From Candidatus Eiseniibacteriota bacterium (GTDB taxonomy: Bacteria; Eisenbacteria; RBG-16-71-46): DNA of 64,000 bases. The stretch's first letter is position 1; every line of letters starts with the position of its first letter. The stretch is from assembly GCA_038231135.1 (NCBI GenBank), contig JBBRLX010000001.1, positions 192,001-256,000 on the forward strand. Reading direction: 5' to 3'. The notes under the pieces were generated by a model. The model did no database searches, was not told the origin of the DNA, and was given only the letters and a program-made list of their open reading frames with translations. Both the position numbers and the translations under genes were made by a program. Below are positions 20,490 to 31,264 of the stretch, one piece after another.

Positions 20490-21581
20490 ATGCCCGACAC
20501 CGTGTCCACCGACTCCCTGCTCGTCCTGCTCGAATCCCTCGTGAACATCCCGAGCGAGACGGGCCACGAGGACGCGGTCGTGGAGTTCATCCGCGGCCGG
20601 CTGCGGATGGCGGGAGCCACGCGCGGCGAGACGCTGGCCTCGGGACGCAGCTTGATCTGGCGCGGTCCGCAGCGTGGCAAGCCGCTGGTGGTGCTCGCGG
20701 GGCACACGGACACCGTGCCCGCGCAGGGCAACGCGACGGCGCGCCGCGAGGGCGACAAGCTGTACGGCGTCGGCACCACCGACATGAAGTCCGGCGACGC
20801 GGTGATGCTCGCGCTGATCGAATCGCTCGATCCGATGTCGCTGCGGTTCGATCTGGCATGCGTGTTCTACGACGGAGAAGAAGGGCCGCAAACCGGCAAC
20901 GGTCTCGGCCGCGTGCTGCAGGAGCTGCCGTGGCTCGCGGACGCGAGCCTCGCGGTGCTGCTCGAGCCCACGAACCTCGGCGTCGAGCTGGGCTGCAATG
21001 GCGTGATCAACGCCGAAGTGCGGGTGACGGGCAAGAGCGCGCATAGCGCGCGACCGTGGACCGGCGTGAACGCGATCGGCCGCGCGGCGGCGTGGCTCGC
21101 CGAGATCACCCAGGTGCCGGTGAAGCCGAAGCAGCTCCACGGCGTCGAGTACATCGAGACGCTGCAGGTCACGACGCTCACCGCCGGGCGCGCGCGCAAC
21201 GTCGTGCCCGACGAACTGGTCGCGAACCTCAACTATCGTTTTACTCCCGACATGTCGATCGCGGATGCCGAGCAGGCGCTACGCGCACGCGTGCCCGCGG
21301 AGTTCGAGTTGCGGTTCGTCGATCGCGCACCGGCCGGCGACATGAGCCTCGACGCGCCCGCGGTCAAAGAGTTCGTCGCGCGGTTCCCGGCGAAGCTCGC
21401 GGGCAAGCAGGGCTGGACGGACGTGGCGCGGTTCACGGCCGCCGGCATCCCGGCGTTCAACTTCGGTCCCGGCCGTCCCGAGCTGTGTCATCAGGCGGGC
21501 GAGTACTGCCCGATCGGCAATCTCGAACCGGCGTATCGCTGGCTCGCGGAGTTTCTCACCACCCGCGGAGCGGCCGCATGA
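20490..21581 (+). CDS. dapE: Succinyl-diaminopimelate desuccinylase (M20 family)
   Basis: LAGHTDTVP, G.GTTDMKSG, YDGEEG, HSARPW and KQGWTDVARF motifs; clustered with dapC and dapD. Confidence 0.92.
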   Translation: MPDTVSTDSLLVLLESLVNIPSETGHEDAVVEFIRGRLRMAGATRGETLASGRSLIWRGPQRGKPLVVLAGHTDTVPAQGNATARREGDKLYGVGTTDMKSGDAVMLALIESLDPMSLRFDLACVFYDGEEGPQTGNGLGRVLQELPWLADASLAVLLEPTNLGVELGCNGVINAEVRVTGKSAHSARPWTGVNAIGRAAAWLAEITQVPVKPKQLHGVEYIETLQVTTLTAGRARNVVPDELVANLNYRFTPDMSIADAEQALRARVPAEFELRFVDRAPAGDMSLDAPAVKEFVARFPAKLAGKQGWTDVARFTAAGIPAFNFGPGRPELCHQAGEYCPIGNLEPAYRWLAEFLTTRGAAA

Positions 21582-22762
21582 CTTCATCCCGCGTCGGCGC
21601 CCACGTGTCGCTGCCCGGCCCGATCAATCCGCTGCTCGAGGGTCCCGGCGAATATCCGTTCGTGCGCCTCGAGCGGCGCAGCCGCGAGCTGATCCCCGCC
21701 GGCGTCACGCCGATCGACTTCAGCATCGGCGACCCGCGCGAGCGCACGCCGGCATTCATCCGCGATGCGTTGCGCGCGGCGGTGCCCGAGGTTTCGAGCT
21801 ATCCGACCGTCGCCGGGGTGCCGGAGCTGCGCCGCGCCGCCGCGGGCTGGGCGCAGCGCCGGTTCGGCATCACGCTCGATCCGGATACGGAGCTGCTGCC
21901 GGTGAACGGCACCAAGGAGGCAGTGTTCCTGCTCGCGTTCGCGGTGATCGGCCGCGAGGCCGAGAAGAATCTCGTCGTGATCCCGACGCCGGCCTATCCG
22001 GTGTATGCACCTGCCGCGCGGCTCGCGGGCGGCGAGCCGCACTTCGTGCCGCTGCGCTCCGCCGATGGCTGGAAGTTCCGGCTCGACTCGGTGCCCGATG
22101 AGATCTGGCGGCGCACGGCGCTGCTGTGGCTCAACAGTCCGCACAATCCCACGGGCTCGATGCTCGAGCTGAACGAGCTGTCCGCGATCGGCGCGCACGC
22201 CCGGCAGTTCGGCTACTGGGTCGGCGCCGACGAGGCGTATGCCGAGGTGTTCTTCGGCGACGCCCGGCCGCACTCGATGCTCGAGTGCGGGCTCGAGAAC
22301 GTGCTGGCGTTCCACACGCTCAGCAAGCGCTCGGCGATGACCGGCTATCGCTCGGGCTTCATGGCCGGCGACGCGCGCCTGATCCACGCACTGCGGCGGC
22401 TGCGTCCGAACGTCGGCGTCGCCACGCCGGAGTTCGTGCAGCGCGCCGCGATCGTGGCGTGGAACGACGACGCGCATGCCGCGGCGCAGCGCGACGTCTA
22501 CCGCACGAAGCGCGACGTGATGCTCGCCGCATTCACGGCCAAGGGCTGGCACGTCGAGGCGAGCGTGGCGGCGTTCTACCTGTGGATGCGCGTGCCGGAC
22601 GGCGACGACACTGCGTTCGTCGAGCGCCTGCTGCGCGCGGGGCTCGTCGCGATGCCGGGCTCGTGGTTCGACCCGGCGGGCGCGGGCTACGTGCGCTGGG
22701 CGCTCGTGCCGACGCTCGAGCAGTGCCGCGAGGCGCTCGAGCGGATAAGTCACATCGCCTGA
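21578..22762 (+). CDS. dapC: Succinyldiaminopimelate aminotransferase (PLP class I)
   Basis: YPF, SIGDP, NSPHNPTG, DEAY and SKRSAMTGYRSG motifs; gene context. Confidence 0.88.
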   Translation: MTSSRVGAHVSLPGPINPLLEGPGEYPFVRLERRSRELIPAGVTPIDFSIGDPRERTPAFIRDALRAAVPEVSSYPTVAGVPELRRAAAGWAQRRFGITLDPDTELLPVNGTKEAVFLLAFAVIGREAEKNLVVIPTPAYPVYAPAARLAGGEPHFVPLRSADGWKFRLDSVPDEIWRRTALLWLNSPHNPTGSMLELNELSAIGAHARQFGYWVGADEAYAEVFFGDARPHSMLECGLENVLAFHTLSKRSAMTGYRSGFMAGDARLIHALRRLRPNVGVATPEFVQRAAIVAWNDDAHAAAQRDVYRTKRDVMLAAFTAKGWHVEASVAAFYLWMRVPDGDDTAFVERLLRAGLVAMPGSWFDPAGAGYVRWALVPTLEQCREALERISHIA

Positions 22763-22779
22763 GTCCCCGGAGACTGCGC

Positions 22780-23610
<831 letters not shown>

Positions 23611-23681
23611 GTGCGGGGCCCGGCGCTGCGTTACCGGCGCCCGGCGCCCGAACGCAAGCGCGTTCGCAACCGCCCAGCGGG

Positions 23682-23870
23682 TCAGGGCAGGCGAACGATT
23701 CGCCGCGCTTGGCTCTCACCGTTCGCGTTCAGCTCGTAGAAGTAGGCGCCCGCCGGCATGGCACGCCCATTCAGCGGCGGGAGCTGATCGTGACCTGTCG
23801 CCCGGCCAGCACGTCACGAATGTGGCAGTCGTTGAGACGAACCTCGGACTGCTCGAGCAACGCGACCACC
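23682..23870 (-). pseudogene. Frameshifted relic of an FlgD-Ig/T9SS type A-like C-terminal sorting domain
   Basis: One frame ends ...NGRAMPAGAYFYELNANGESQARRIVRLP*. An adjacent frame has EVRL...IRDVLAGRQV. No intact N-terminus. Confidence 0.55.
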
Positions 23871-24008
23871 TGCCCGCGTACCGTCGTATCCAGCCGGCGG
23901 ATCGAGCCCGAGGCTTGACCCTCGTCCGGGGCCGCTCCTAGACTCCGGATGGTTCGGTGGCCGTCCTCCGAGGCTGCCGCTTTCGAGCTTGCGGACCGTG
24001 GAGGCACG

Positions 24009-24368
24009 TTGGCTGTCATCCGTCTCGAGGGCCTGTCCGTGTTCGGACATCACGGCGCCCGGCCATACGAAAAGGAAGCCGGGCAGCGCCTCGAGGTCGA
24101 TCTCGAGCTCGAACCGATGGACAATCGGGCCGAGTCGAGTGACCGGCTGGCGGACGCGGTGGATTACGACCGGCTGTACCGCACGGTGCGTGAGGTGGTG
24201 GAGGACCAGAGCTTCCACCTGCTCGAGAAACTGGCGGCCACGACGGCCGAGGCGATCCTGGAACGATTCAACGTCCGCTCCGTCAAGGTGCGGATCTCGA
24301 AGCAGAACCTGGGTTGGACCACCGGGGGCCGCGCGGTGATCGAAGTGGAGAGGACGCGTACGTCATGA
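24009..24368 (+). CDS. folB: Dihydroneopterin aldolase
   Basis: I.L.GL..FGHHG...E...GQ, DAVDY and FHLLEKLA motifs; GGAGG-TTG start. Confidence 0.93.
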   Translation: MAVIRLEGLSVFGHHGARPYEKEAGQRLEVDLELEPMDNRAESSDRLADAVDYDRLYRTVREVVEDQSFHLLEKLAATTAEAILERFNVRSVKVRISKQNLGWTTGGRAVIEVERTRTS

Positions 24369-24862
24369 AGGCGTTCATCGGATTGGGATCGAACCTGGGC
24401 GAACGCGAGGCGATGATCCGCCTGGCGCTCGACGACCTCGCGCGGATGCCCGAGACGCTGCTGGTGCGCGCGTCGTCGCTGTACGACACCGAGCCGGTGG
24501 GCGAGGTGGAGCAGCCCAACTTCCTCAATGCGGTGGCGCAGATCGACACCGAGCTCACGCCGCGCCAGCTGCTGTGGAACCTGATGCTGATCGAGAAGCG
24601 CCTCGGCCGGGTGCGCACCCAGCAGCGCTGGGGCCCGCGCGCGATCGACCTCGATCTGCTGCTCTACGGCAGCCTGATCATCGACGAGGCCGATCTGCAG
24701 ATTCCGCACCCCGAGCTGACCAGGCGCTCGTTCGTGCTCGTGCCGCTCATGGAGCTGGACCCGCTGCTCGTGCATCCGGTCACGGGGGAGACGCTGCTGA
24801 ACCAGCTGTCACGTCTCGACGCCCGTCCGCCGGTGCGGCGCGGCAGCCGGCTGTGGAACTGA
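24365..24862 (+). CDS. folK: 2-amino-4-hydroxy-6-hydroxymethyldihydropteridine diphosphokinase
   Basis: IGLGSNLG, FLNAV, WGPRAIDLDLL and IPHPEL motifs. Confidence 0.96.
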   Translation: MKAFIGLGSNLGEREAMIRLALDDLARMPETLLVRASSLYDTEPVGEVEQPNFLNAVAQIDTELTPRQLLWNLMLIEKRLGRVRTQQRWGPRAIDLDLLLYGSLIIDEADLQIPHPELTRRSFVLVPLMELDPLLVHPVTGETLLNQLSRLDARPPVRRGSRLWN

Positions 24863-24897
24863 CGCCTTAAGGCCGCGCGGCGCCCCTTCCAGAGCCC

Positions 24898-25548
24898 ATG
24901 GCCGAGAACCGGTACGTCGTCGTCGAAGGGGTGATCGGGGCCGGCAAGACGAGCCTCGCCCGGCTGATGAGCGAGCGGCTCCAGGCCCGGCTGGTGCTCG
25001 AGGAAGTCGAGGAGAACCCGTTCCTCAAGGACTTCTACCAGGACCGCGAGCGGTTCGCGTTCCAGACCCAGATGCACTTCCTGTTCAGCCGCTACCAGCA
25101 GCAGCGCTCGCTCCGCCAGCTCGACCTGTTCCACGAGCGCATGGTGTCCGACTACCTGTTCCAGAAGGACCGCATCTTCGCCGGGCTCAACCTGTCCGAG
25201 CGCGAGCTGGCGCTGTACGACCGGCTGGTCGCCTGGCTCGAGCTCGACGTGATGAAGCCGGACGTGGTGGTGTATTTGCAGGCCAACCCGGACACGCTCA
25301 TGATGCGTATCGCGCGCCGCGGGCGGACGTTCGAGCGCGACATGAGCCGCGACTACATCCGCCAGCTGAACGACGCCTACAACCACTTCTTCTTTCATTA
25401 CGCCGAAGCGCCGCTGCTGGTGGTGAACACCAATGCCATCGATTTCGTGAACAATCCCGACGACTTCGAGGACCTGATGCAACGCATCATCGTGCATCGC
25501 CAGGGCACCACGTACTACGCACCCATCGACCGCGGAGCCGCGACGTGA
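24898..25548 (+). CDS. Deoxynucleoside kinase (dAK/dGK family)
   Basis: VEGVIGAGKT, NPFL..FY, FL.SRY.Q and RI.RRGR.FE motifs. Confidence 0.92.
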   Translation: MAENRYVVVEGVIGAGKTSLARLMSERLQARLVLEEVEENPFLKDFYQDRERFAFQTQMHFLFSRYQQQRSLRQLDLFHERMVSDYLFQKDRIFAGLNLSERELALYDRLVAWLELDVMKPDVVVYLQANPDTLMMRIARRGRTFERDMSRDYIRQLNDAYNHFFFHYAEAPLLVVNTNAIDFVNNPDDFEDLMQRIIVHRQGTTYYAPIDRGAAT

Positions 25549-26381
25549 CCGGCGAGCCGTCGGTCGGCGCCGGCCGCACCCGTCGCCACAAGGTCACCGC
25601 ACCCCAGGTGCTCGAGCTCAAGCGCAAGGGCCAGCCCATCACGGTGGTGACGGCGTATGATTTTCCCACCGCGCGGCTCGCCGACGACGCTGGCGTCGAC
25701 ATGCTGCTGGTCGGCGACAGCGTCGGCACCGTGGTGCTGGGCTACGACAGCACACTGCCCGTGACGATGGCCGACATGCTGCATCACACCCGCGCCGTGA
25801 CGCGCGCGAAGCCCGCGGCGCTGGTGATCGGCGACATGCCGTTCATGTCGTACCAGGTGAGCGTCGAACAGGCGGTCGCGAACGCCGGGCGGCTGGTGCA
25901 GCAGGGCGGCGCCGACGCGATCAAGCTCGAAGGCGGCGAGCGTGTGGTCGAGTCGGTGAAGCGCATCGTCGATGCCGGCATCCCGGTGATGGGGCACCTC
26001 GGCCTCACGCCGCAGTCGGTGCTCGCGTTCGGGGGTTACAAGGTGCAGGGCCGCGGCGAGGCCGATCAGGAGCGGCTGCTGCGCGAGGCAAAGCTGCTGG
26101 AGGCCGCCGGCTGCTTCTCGATCGTGCTCGAAGGCATACCCGCCAAACTCGGCACCGAGGTCAGCAAGGCGCTCACCGTGCCCACCATCGGCATCGGCGC
26201 CGGCGTGGGCTGCGACGGACAGGTGCTGGTGACGCACGATCTCCTGGGGTTCTACCTGGGCCACACCCCCAAGTTCGTGCGCCGCTACGCCGAGCTGTCG
26301 ACCACGATCCGCGAGGCGTTCGAGCGATTCGTCGCCGACGTGCGCGAGCGGCGGTTCCCGAGCGACAAGGAGTCCTATTGA
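25545..26381 (+). CDS. panB: 3-methyl-2-oxobutanoate hydroxymethyltransferase
   Basis: TAYD, LVGDS, DMPF.SY, KLEGG, GHLGLTPQ and DGQVLV motifs. Confidence 0.97.
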   Translation: MTGEPSVGAGRTRRHKVTAPQVLELKRKGQPITVVTAYDFPTARLADDAGVDMLLVGDSVGTVVLGYDSTLPVTMADMLHHTRAVTRAKPAALVIGDMPFMSYQVSVEQAVANAGRLVQQGGADAIKLEGGERVVESVKRIVDAGIPVMGHLGLTPQSVLAFGGYKVQGRGEADQERLLREAKLLEAAGCFSIVLEGIPAKLGTEVSKALTVPTIGIGAGVGCDGQVLVTHDLLGFYLGHTPKFVRRYAELSTTIREAFERFVADVRERRFPSDKESY

Positions 26382-26455
26382 GCACCCGGCCGTCCGCCGG
26401 GCGCCGCCGCCGTGCCGGGGCGACCCGCGCGCGCGGACACCGCCGGACGGGCTCG

Positions 26456-27304
26456 ATGCGGGTCGTGCGCGGCATTGCCGCGCTGCGCCGGGTGATCGCG
26501 AGCTGGCGCGGCGAGGGCACGACGATCGCGTTCGTGCCCACCATGGGAGCGCTCCATCGCGGCCACCTGTCGCTGGTCCGGCGGGCGCGCGCCACGTCGG
26601 ATCGCGTGGTCGTGAGCATCTTCGTCAATCCGCTCCAGTTCGGACCGCACGAGGACTTCCGGCGTTATCCGCGTCCGATCGGCGCCGACCGCGCGCTGTT
26701 GCGCGCCGCCGGCGTCGATGTGTTGTGGCAGCCGGACGCCGACGAGATCTATCCGCCCGGCGACTGCACGCGGGTGCGGGTGGAAGGGTTCGATGCCACG
26801 CTCGAGGGCGTCTCGCGGCCGGGACACTTCACCGGCGTCACGACCGTGGTGGCGAAGCTGCTCCACGCGGTCGCCCCCGACGTGCTGTGGCTGGGACAGA
26901 AGGACGCGCAGCAGGCCCGGCTGATCGAACGGATGGTGAAGGACCTGCTGATTCCGGTCCGGGTGCGCCGCGCGCCGACCGTGCGCGAGCGCGACGGCCT
27001 TGCGTGTTCGTCGCGGAACCTGTATCTCAGCCCGGAGCAGCGGGCCGACGCGGTGGCGCTGTCGCGAGGGCTCGCCGAGGTGAAGGCGGCGCTCGACCGC
27101 GGCGAACGCCGCGCCGCGACCTTGGTGCGGCTGGTGCGGCGCGCCTGGCGCGACGCGCCGTCGGTGCGTGAGGACTACGTGGCGGTGGTCGACGCCGCGA
27201 CGCTGGCGCCGGTCAAGGCCGTGCGCGGGAAGGTGCTGGTGGCGGTCGCGGCGCGCGTCGGCGCCACGCGACTGATCGACAATCTCGAATGGGAGCCACG
27301 ATGA
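26456..27304 (+). CDS. panC: Pantoate--beta-alanine ligase (alternative TTG start at 26378)
   Basis: FVPTMGALH.GH, SIFVNPLQF, RPGHF.GV, GQKD.QQ, SSRN and RLIDN motifs. Confidence 0.96.
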   Translation: MRVVRGIAALRRVIASWRGEGTTIAFVPTMGALHRGHLSLVRRARATSDRVVVSIFVNPLQFGPHEDFRRYPRPIGADRALLRAAGVDVLWQPDADEIYPPGDCTRVRVEGFDATLEGVSRPGHFTGVTTVVAKLLHAVAPDVLWLGQKDAQQARLIERMVKDLLIPVRVRRAPTVRERDGLACSSRNLYLSPEQRADAVALSRGLAEVKAALDRGERRAATLVRLVRRAWRDAPSVREDYVAVVDAATLAPVKAVRGKVLVAVAARVGATRLIDNLEWEPR

Positions 27305-28080
27305 CGCAGTACCGGCATCCGGATGTGGTGGCGCTCGTGCTCGCCGCGGGCCAGGGCACGCGCATGCAGAGCGATCTCGCCAAGGTGCTGCATCCGATGG
27401 CCGGCCAGCCGCTGCTGGCGCACGTGCTCAGCACGCTCGACGACCTCGGCGTGGGCCGGCAGCTCGTCGTGATCGGGCACCAGCGCGAGCGGGTGCGCGA
27501 GGCGTTCGCGGATTCGGACGTCGAATGGGTCGTGCAAGCCGAGCAGCGCGGCACCGGTCATGCCGTGCTGATGGCGGGGCCGGCGCTCGAGGGCTTCGAA
27601 GGCCGCATGCTGCTGGTGTGCGGTGACACGCCGCTGCTGCGGGCCGCCACGCTGCACGGGCTGATCGAGGGCCACGCGCGATCCGGCTGCTCTGCCACCG
27701 TGCTGTCGATGCGACTGCCCGATCCCAAGGGCTACGGGCGCATCCTGCGCGGGCCGAACGGCGACCTCATCGGCATCGTCGAGGAGCGCGACGCCAGCCC
27801 CGAGCAGAAGGCGATCGACGAGGTGAACTCCGGCATCTACGTGTTCGAGGTTCCGGCGCTGCACGAGGCGCTCGCCGGGCTCACCGCCCATAACGCGCAG
27901 GGTGAGTACTACCTCACCGACACCATGGACCTGATGCGCCGCGCCGGCCGCCGCGTGGCGGTGGTGTGCGCGGCGGACTACCGCGAGCTGCTGGGCATCA
28001 ACACGGTGGATCAGTTGAAGCAGGCCGAGCGGGTGTGGCGCGAGCTGGGCTCGCGGGGCGGCGCTCCCGATGCCGGCTAG
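27301..28080 (+). CDS. GlmU N-terminal-like nucleotidyltransferase (N-acetylglucosamine-1-P uridyltransferase domain only)
   Basis: LAAGQGTRMQS..KVLH, GTGHAV, GDTPLL, GYGRI, EVNSGIY and NAQGEYYLTD motifs. The ORF ends before any LbH acetyltransferase domain. Confidence 0.88.
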   Translation: MTQYRHPDVVALVLAAGQGTRMQSDLAKVLHPMAGQPLLAHVLSTLDDLGVGRQLVVIGHQRERVREAFADSDVEWVVQAEQRGTGHAVLMAGPALEGFEGRMLLVCGDTPLLRAATLHGLIEGHARSGCSATVLSMRLPDPKGYGRILRGPNGDLIGIVEERDASPEQKAIDEVNSGIYVFEVPALHEALAGLTAHNAQGEYYLTDTMDLMRRAGRRVAVVCAADYRELLGINTVDQLKQAERVWRELGSRGGAPDAG

Positions 28081-28702
28081 GGCTCCCGGTCTGGCGCGGC
28101 TGTGGGCGCCGTGGCGCATGGCGTACATCGATGCCGCCGCGACCGGCAAGGCACGGCGCGGCCGTGGCCGGAAGGCGGTCCCGGCAGATCCGGCGCCCGG
28201 CGCCGGGCCGCCGTGCCTGTTCTGCCGCGTGCGCGACAGCGCCGACGATCGCGGGAATCTCGTGCTGGCCCGCCGCCCGCGGGCGATGCTGATGCTGAAC
28301 AAGTATCCCTACAACCCCGGGCATCTGATGGTCGCGGTCATGGAGCACAAGGCGCAGTTCACCGATCTCGATGCCGCCGAGCGGCGTGACGTGCTCGAGC
28401 TGGCGGCGCTCGCCGAGCAGGCGCTGGCGGCCGAGTATCATCCACACGGCATGAACTACGGGATCAACGTCGGCCGGGTCGCCGGCGCCGGGTTCCCCGG
28501 TCATCTCCACATGCACTTCGTGCCGCGCTGGGACGGCGACACGAATTTCATGCCGACGGTGGGTGAGACCCGGGTGCTGCCCGAGTCGCTCGAGAATACG
28601 TGGCGGCGCCTCGGCCGCGCGATCAAGCGCCTCGGCCGCCGGCGTCCGGCGGCCAGGACCCCCCGGGGTCGAGGACGGATACGTGGCCCGCTCGCGCGGT
28701 AA
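28070..28702 (+). CDS. HIT family hydrolase (Ap4A phosphorylase-like)
   Basis: LWAPWRMAYI, CLFC, NKYPYNPGHLMV and HLHMHFVPRW.GD.NF motifs. Confidence 0.92.
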   Translation: MPARAPGLARLWAPWRMAYIDAAATGKARRGRGRKAVPADPAPGAGPPCLFCRVRDSADDRGNLVLARRPRAMLMLNKYPYNPGHLMVAVMEHKAQFTDLDAAERRDVLELAALAEQALAAEYHPHGMNYGINVGRVAGAGFPGHLHMHFVPRWDGDTNFMPTVGETRVLPESLENTWRRLGRAIKRLGRRRPAARTPRGRGRIRGPLAR

Positions 28703-29111
28703 TCCGCTCGCTCGCGCGGTCCTCGGCGTGCTCGCGGTGCTGGTCGTGGCGCTCGCGCTGTCGACCGCCTACGCCCGGTTCCGGCCCACGACGCGGTTCC
28801 GCACCGACACCACGACTCACGCCCGGCCGATCCGCGTCCAGGTGCTCAACGGATCTGGGGAGAGCGGAATTGCGGGCAAAGTGGCTACCTACCTGCGGGA
28901 TGGCGGGTTCCAGGTGACCGAGGTGCGCAACGCCGATCGCTCGGACTACTTCGGATCCATGGTGGTGGCGCGCCGCGAAGATGTATCCTCCGCAGAGACC
29001 GTCGCCCGGTTCCTGGGCGGCACGCCCGTGATCCGCCAGACGTCCAGCGCGGACGGAGCCGAGGTCACGGTGGTGCTCGGCAGCGATCGCAGCCGGCTCC
29101 GCCTCGAATAG
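28683..29111 (+). CDS. LytR C-terminal domain membrane-anchored protein
   Basis: N-terminal TM segment; VQVLNGSG..G.A, V.NAD and VTVVLG.D motifs. Confidence 0.85.
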   Translation: MARSRGNPLARAVLGVLAVLVVALALSTAYARFRPTTRFRTDTTTHARPIRVQVLNGSGESGIAGKVATYLRDGGFQVTEVRNADRSDYFGSMVVARREDVSSAETVARFLGGTPVIRQTSSADGAEVTVVLGSDRSRLRLE

Positions 29112-29143
29112 CAGTTCACGCAGCGCTCGCAAGGGAGACTCAC

Positions 29144-29368
29144 GTGTTCGGAATGGGTGGATCGGAACTCATGGTGCTGTTCGTGATCATCCTGTTGATC
29201 TTCGGACCGAGCCAGATCCCGAAAATGGCTCGCGGCCTCGGCCAGGCCATGCGCGAGTTTCGCAAGGCGCAGCGCGAGCTCAACGACGAGATGACCCGCG
29301 AGGACGCGCCGCCCCCTCCGCCGCGCGCGCCGGAAGTGAAATCGGTGGAGAACAAGCCCATCCAGTAA
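29144..29368 (+). CDS. tatA: Sec-independent translocase TatA/TatE
   Basis: ELMVLFVIILLIFGP..IP..ARGLG..REFRKA. Confidence 0.92.
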   Translation: MFGMGGSELMVLFVIILLIFGPSQIPKMARGLGQAMREFRKAQRELNDEMTREDAPPPPPRAPEVKSVENKPIQ

Positions 29369-29407
29369 TTCGGCCAGGCCCCGTTCAGGGATCACAAACG
29401 GACGGCA

Positions 29408-29442
29408 GGCGGATCCGCCGGGCCATGCCCCGCGGATCCGCC
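29408..29442. terminator. Hairpin between convergent tatA and ppiD-like genes (likely bidirectional terminator)
   Basis: Perfect 11-bp inverted repeat GGCGGATCCGC...GCGGATCCGCC. Confidence 0.6.
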
Positions 29443-29452
29443 ATCGCATGCC

Positions 29453-31264
29453 TCAGTTCACCGAGTCGAGCCTCATGTCCTCAACCTTGGACTTGCCCCG
29501 CAGTTCGGCGAGGTAGGAGCTCAGGAACTGACGCTGCCGGCGTTCCAGGATTTCGCTCATGAGCTGCGACCTGGCCGCGACGAACGCCGCCGGCTCGGCA
29601 AGCGTCTGCCGGGTCACTCGCGCGAAATACCATCCGGCCACGGTCTCGGTCGGCCCGATGACCTGACCGGCCCTGGCGCCGAACAGGGCGCCCAGCACCT
29701 CCGGAGCGTTCTGCAGCCGCGGATCAGGGGTCGCCCGCGTGGTGCCGGTGATCGGGAACGGCTGGACGCCCGCGGCAGCCGCGGCCTCTTCGAGCGTGCG
29801 GCCCTGCTTCAGCGCCGCGGCGATCGCGTCCGCCTTCGGCTTGCTCGCCGCGAGCCGGGCGTCGAGCTCCGCGAGTTGGTGCAGCTGCTGTTCGACCTCG
29901 GAGCGGCTCGCGAGCCCGGCCGGCGACTGGCGGGTCACCTGCGCGATCACGAACTCGTCCGGACCCTCGAACACCGGGCTCAGGTCCTTGAGCTTCGCGT
30001 TGAGTCCCCAGTCGGCGGCTTCCGGGACGGCGTAGAGCTGGGGCGGCGTGTTGTTGGCGTCGTAGGCGCCGGTGGTCGAGGTGGCGAGGCCCGCCGAGGC
30101 GGCGGCCTTGCCGAGCCCGGACCGCTTCGCTTCGGTGAGCAGCGCCTTGAGCTTGTCGGCCTGGACGCGGAGCTCGTCGTCGCTCGCGCGCACGCGGACC
30201 ACGATCTGGGCGATGCGGATGCCGGTGGGCCCCGACGCCGAATCGGGCGGCAGCCGGCGGATGATCACGAACCGGCTGGCATCCTGGAACGGATCGGCGA
30301 TCTGCCCGGGCGCGAGCGCCGCGATCCTGCCGCCGATCACCGGGTCGAAGTCGCTCATCTTGAACACGCGGTCGATCACGCCGCCCTTGTCGGAGCCGGG
30401 ACCCTCGGAATAATCACGGGCGAGTGCCGTGAAATCCTCGCCGCCGCGGGCGCGATGCGTCAGGCCGTCGGCCAGCTCCTTCGCGGTGCGGATCTCGGAA
30501 TCGCCGTACTTCTTCTGGACCATGAGCACCTCGAGCTCGGTGTGGGCCGCGGCCATGAACCGGCTCTTGTACTTGTCGTAGGCGCGCTGCAGGTCCGCCT
30601 CCGCGACCTTGGGCGCCGCCGCCATGTCCGGCGGGATCTGCACGATGGTCGCATCCACCTTGTCGTAGCGCTGCTTGTAGGCGTCGAGCAGCTCGGGCTC
30701 GGACACCTTGAGCGACGAGATCAGGCGCTCCTGCAGCTTCCGCGTCGGGAGCTGCGTGCGGATCATGTCCTCGAACGGCGACCAGTTGACGTTCGGGTCC
30801 TTGAGCGCCGCCTGGTACTTGGCGTAATCGAACTGGCCGTTGGTCTGGAATCCGGCAGCCGACTGCAGCATGGTAGGCGGCTGGGTCTTGAGCGACAGCA
30901 CCACCTCGCCGTCGGTGGCCTGCAGCCCGGCGTGCTTCGCCTGCTGTGCCATCAGCCGCTGGTAGACGAGCGAGCGCCAGGTCTGCACCTCGAGCATCTT
31001 GAGGTCGCGATCGGCCGCCTCGCTGCCGTACTGCTGCTTGTAGTTCTGGCGCTGCTCCGCGAGCGCGGTCGTGAAGTCGGTGCGGGTCACGGGATCACCG
31101 TTCACGCTGCCCACCGCTCCCGCGACGCGGGCGCCATTCGAGCCTCCGAGGCCCGAGCCCAGCAGGAACACGAAGCCGCCGAGGAACGTGATCACCGTGA
31201 TCACGATCAGGATCCACCAGATCGTCTTGGTGCGCTTGCTGCCGGCGCGAAGGATATTGAGCAT
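29453..31264 (-). CDS. PpiD/SurA-like membrane-anchored peptidyl-prolyl isomerase chaperone
   Basis: ML..LR, single N-terminal TM segment, VG.VNG..V SurA_N domain and parvulin motif GEDF..LAR.YSEGPGS..GG. Confidence 0.85.
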   Translation of the reverse strand: MLNILRAGSKRTKTIWWILIVITVITFLGGFVFLLGSGLGGSNGARVAGAVGSVNGDPVTRTDFTTALAEQRQNYKQQYGSEAADRDLKMLEVQTWRSLVYQRLMAQQAKHAGLQATDGEVVLSLKTQPPTMLQSAAGFQTNGQFDYAKYQAALKDPNVNWSPFEDMIRTQLPTRKLQERLISSLKVSEPELLDAYKQRYDKVDATIVQIPPDMAAAPKVAEADLQRAYDKYKSRFMAAAHTELEVLMVQKKYGDSEIRTAKELADGLTHRARGGEDFTALARDYSEGPGSDKGGVIDRVFKMSDFDPVIGGRIAALAPGQIADPFQDASRFVIIRRLPPDSASGPTGIRIAQIVVRVRASDDELRVQADKLKALLTEAKRSGLGKAAASAGLATSTTGAYDANNTPPQLYAVPEAADWGLNAKLKDLSPVFEGPDEFVIAQVTRQSPAGLASRSEVEQQLHQLAELDARLAASKPKADAIAAALKQGRTLEEAAAAAGVQPFPITGTTRATPDPRLQNAPEVLGALFGARAGQVIGPTETVAGWYFARVTRQTLAEPAAFVAARSQLMSEILERRQRQFLSSYLAELRGKSKVEDMRLDSVN

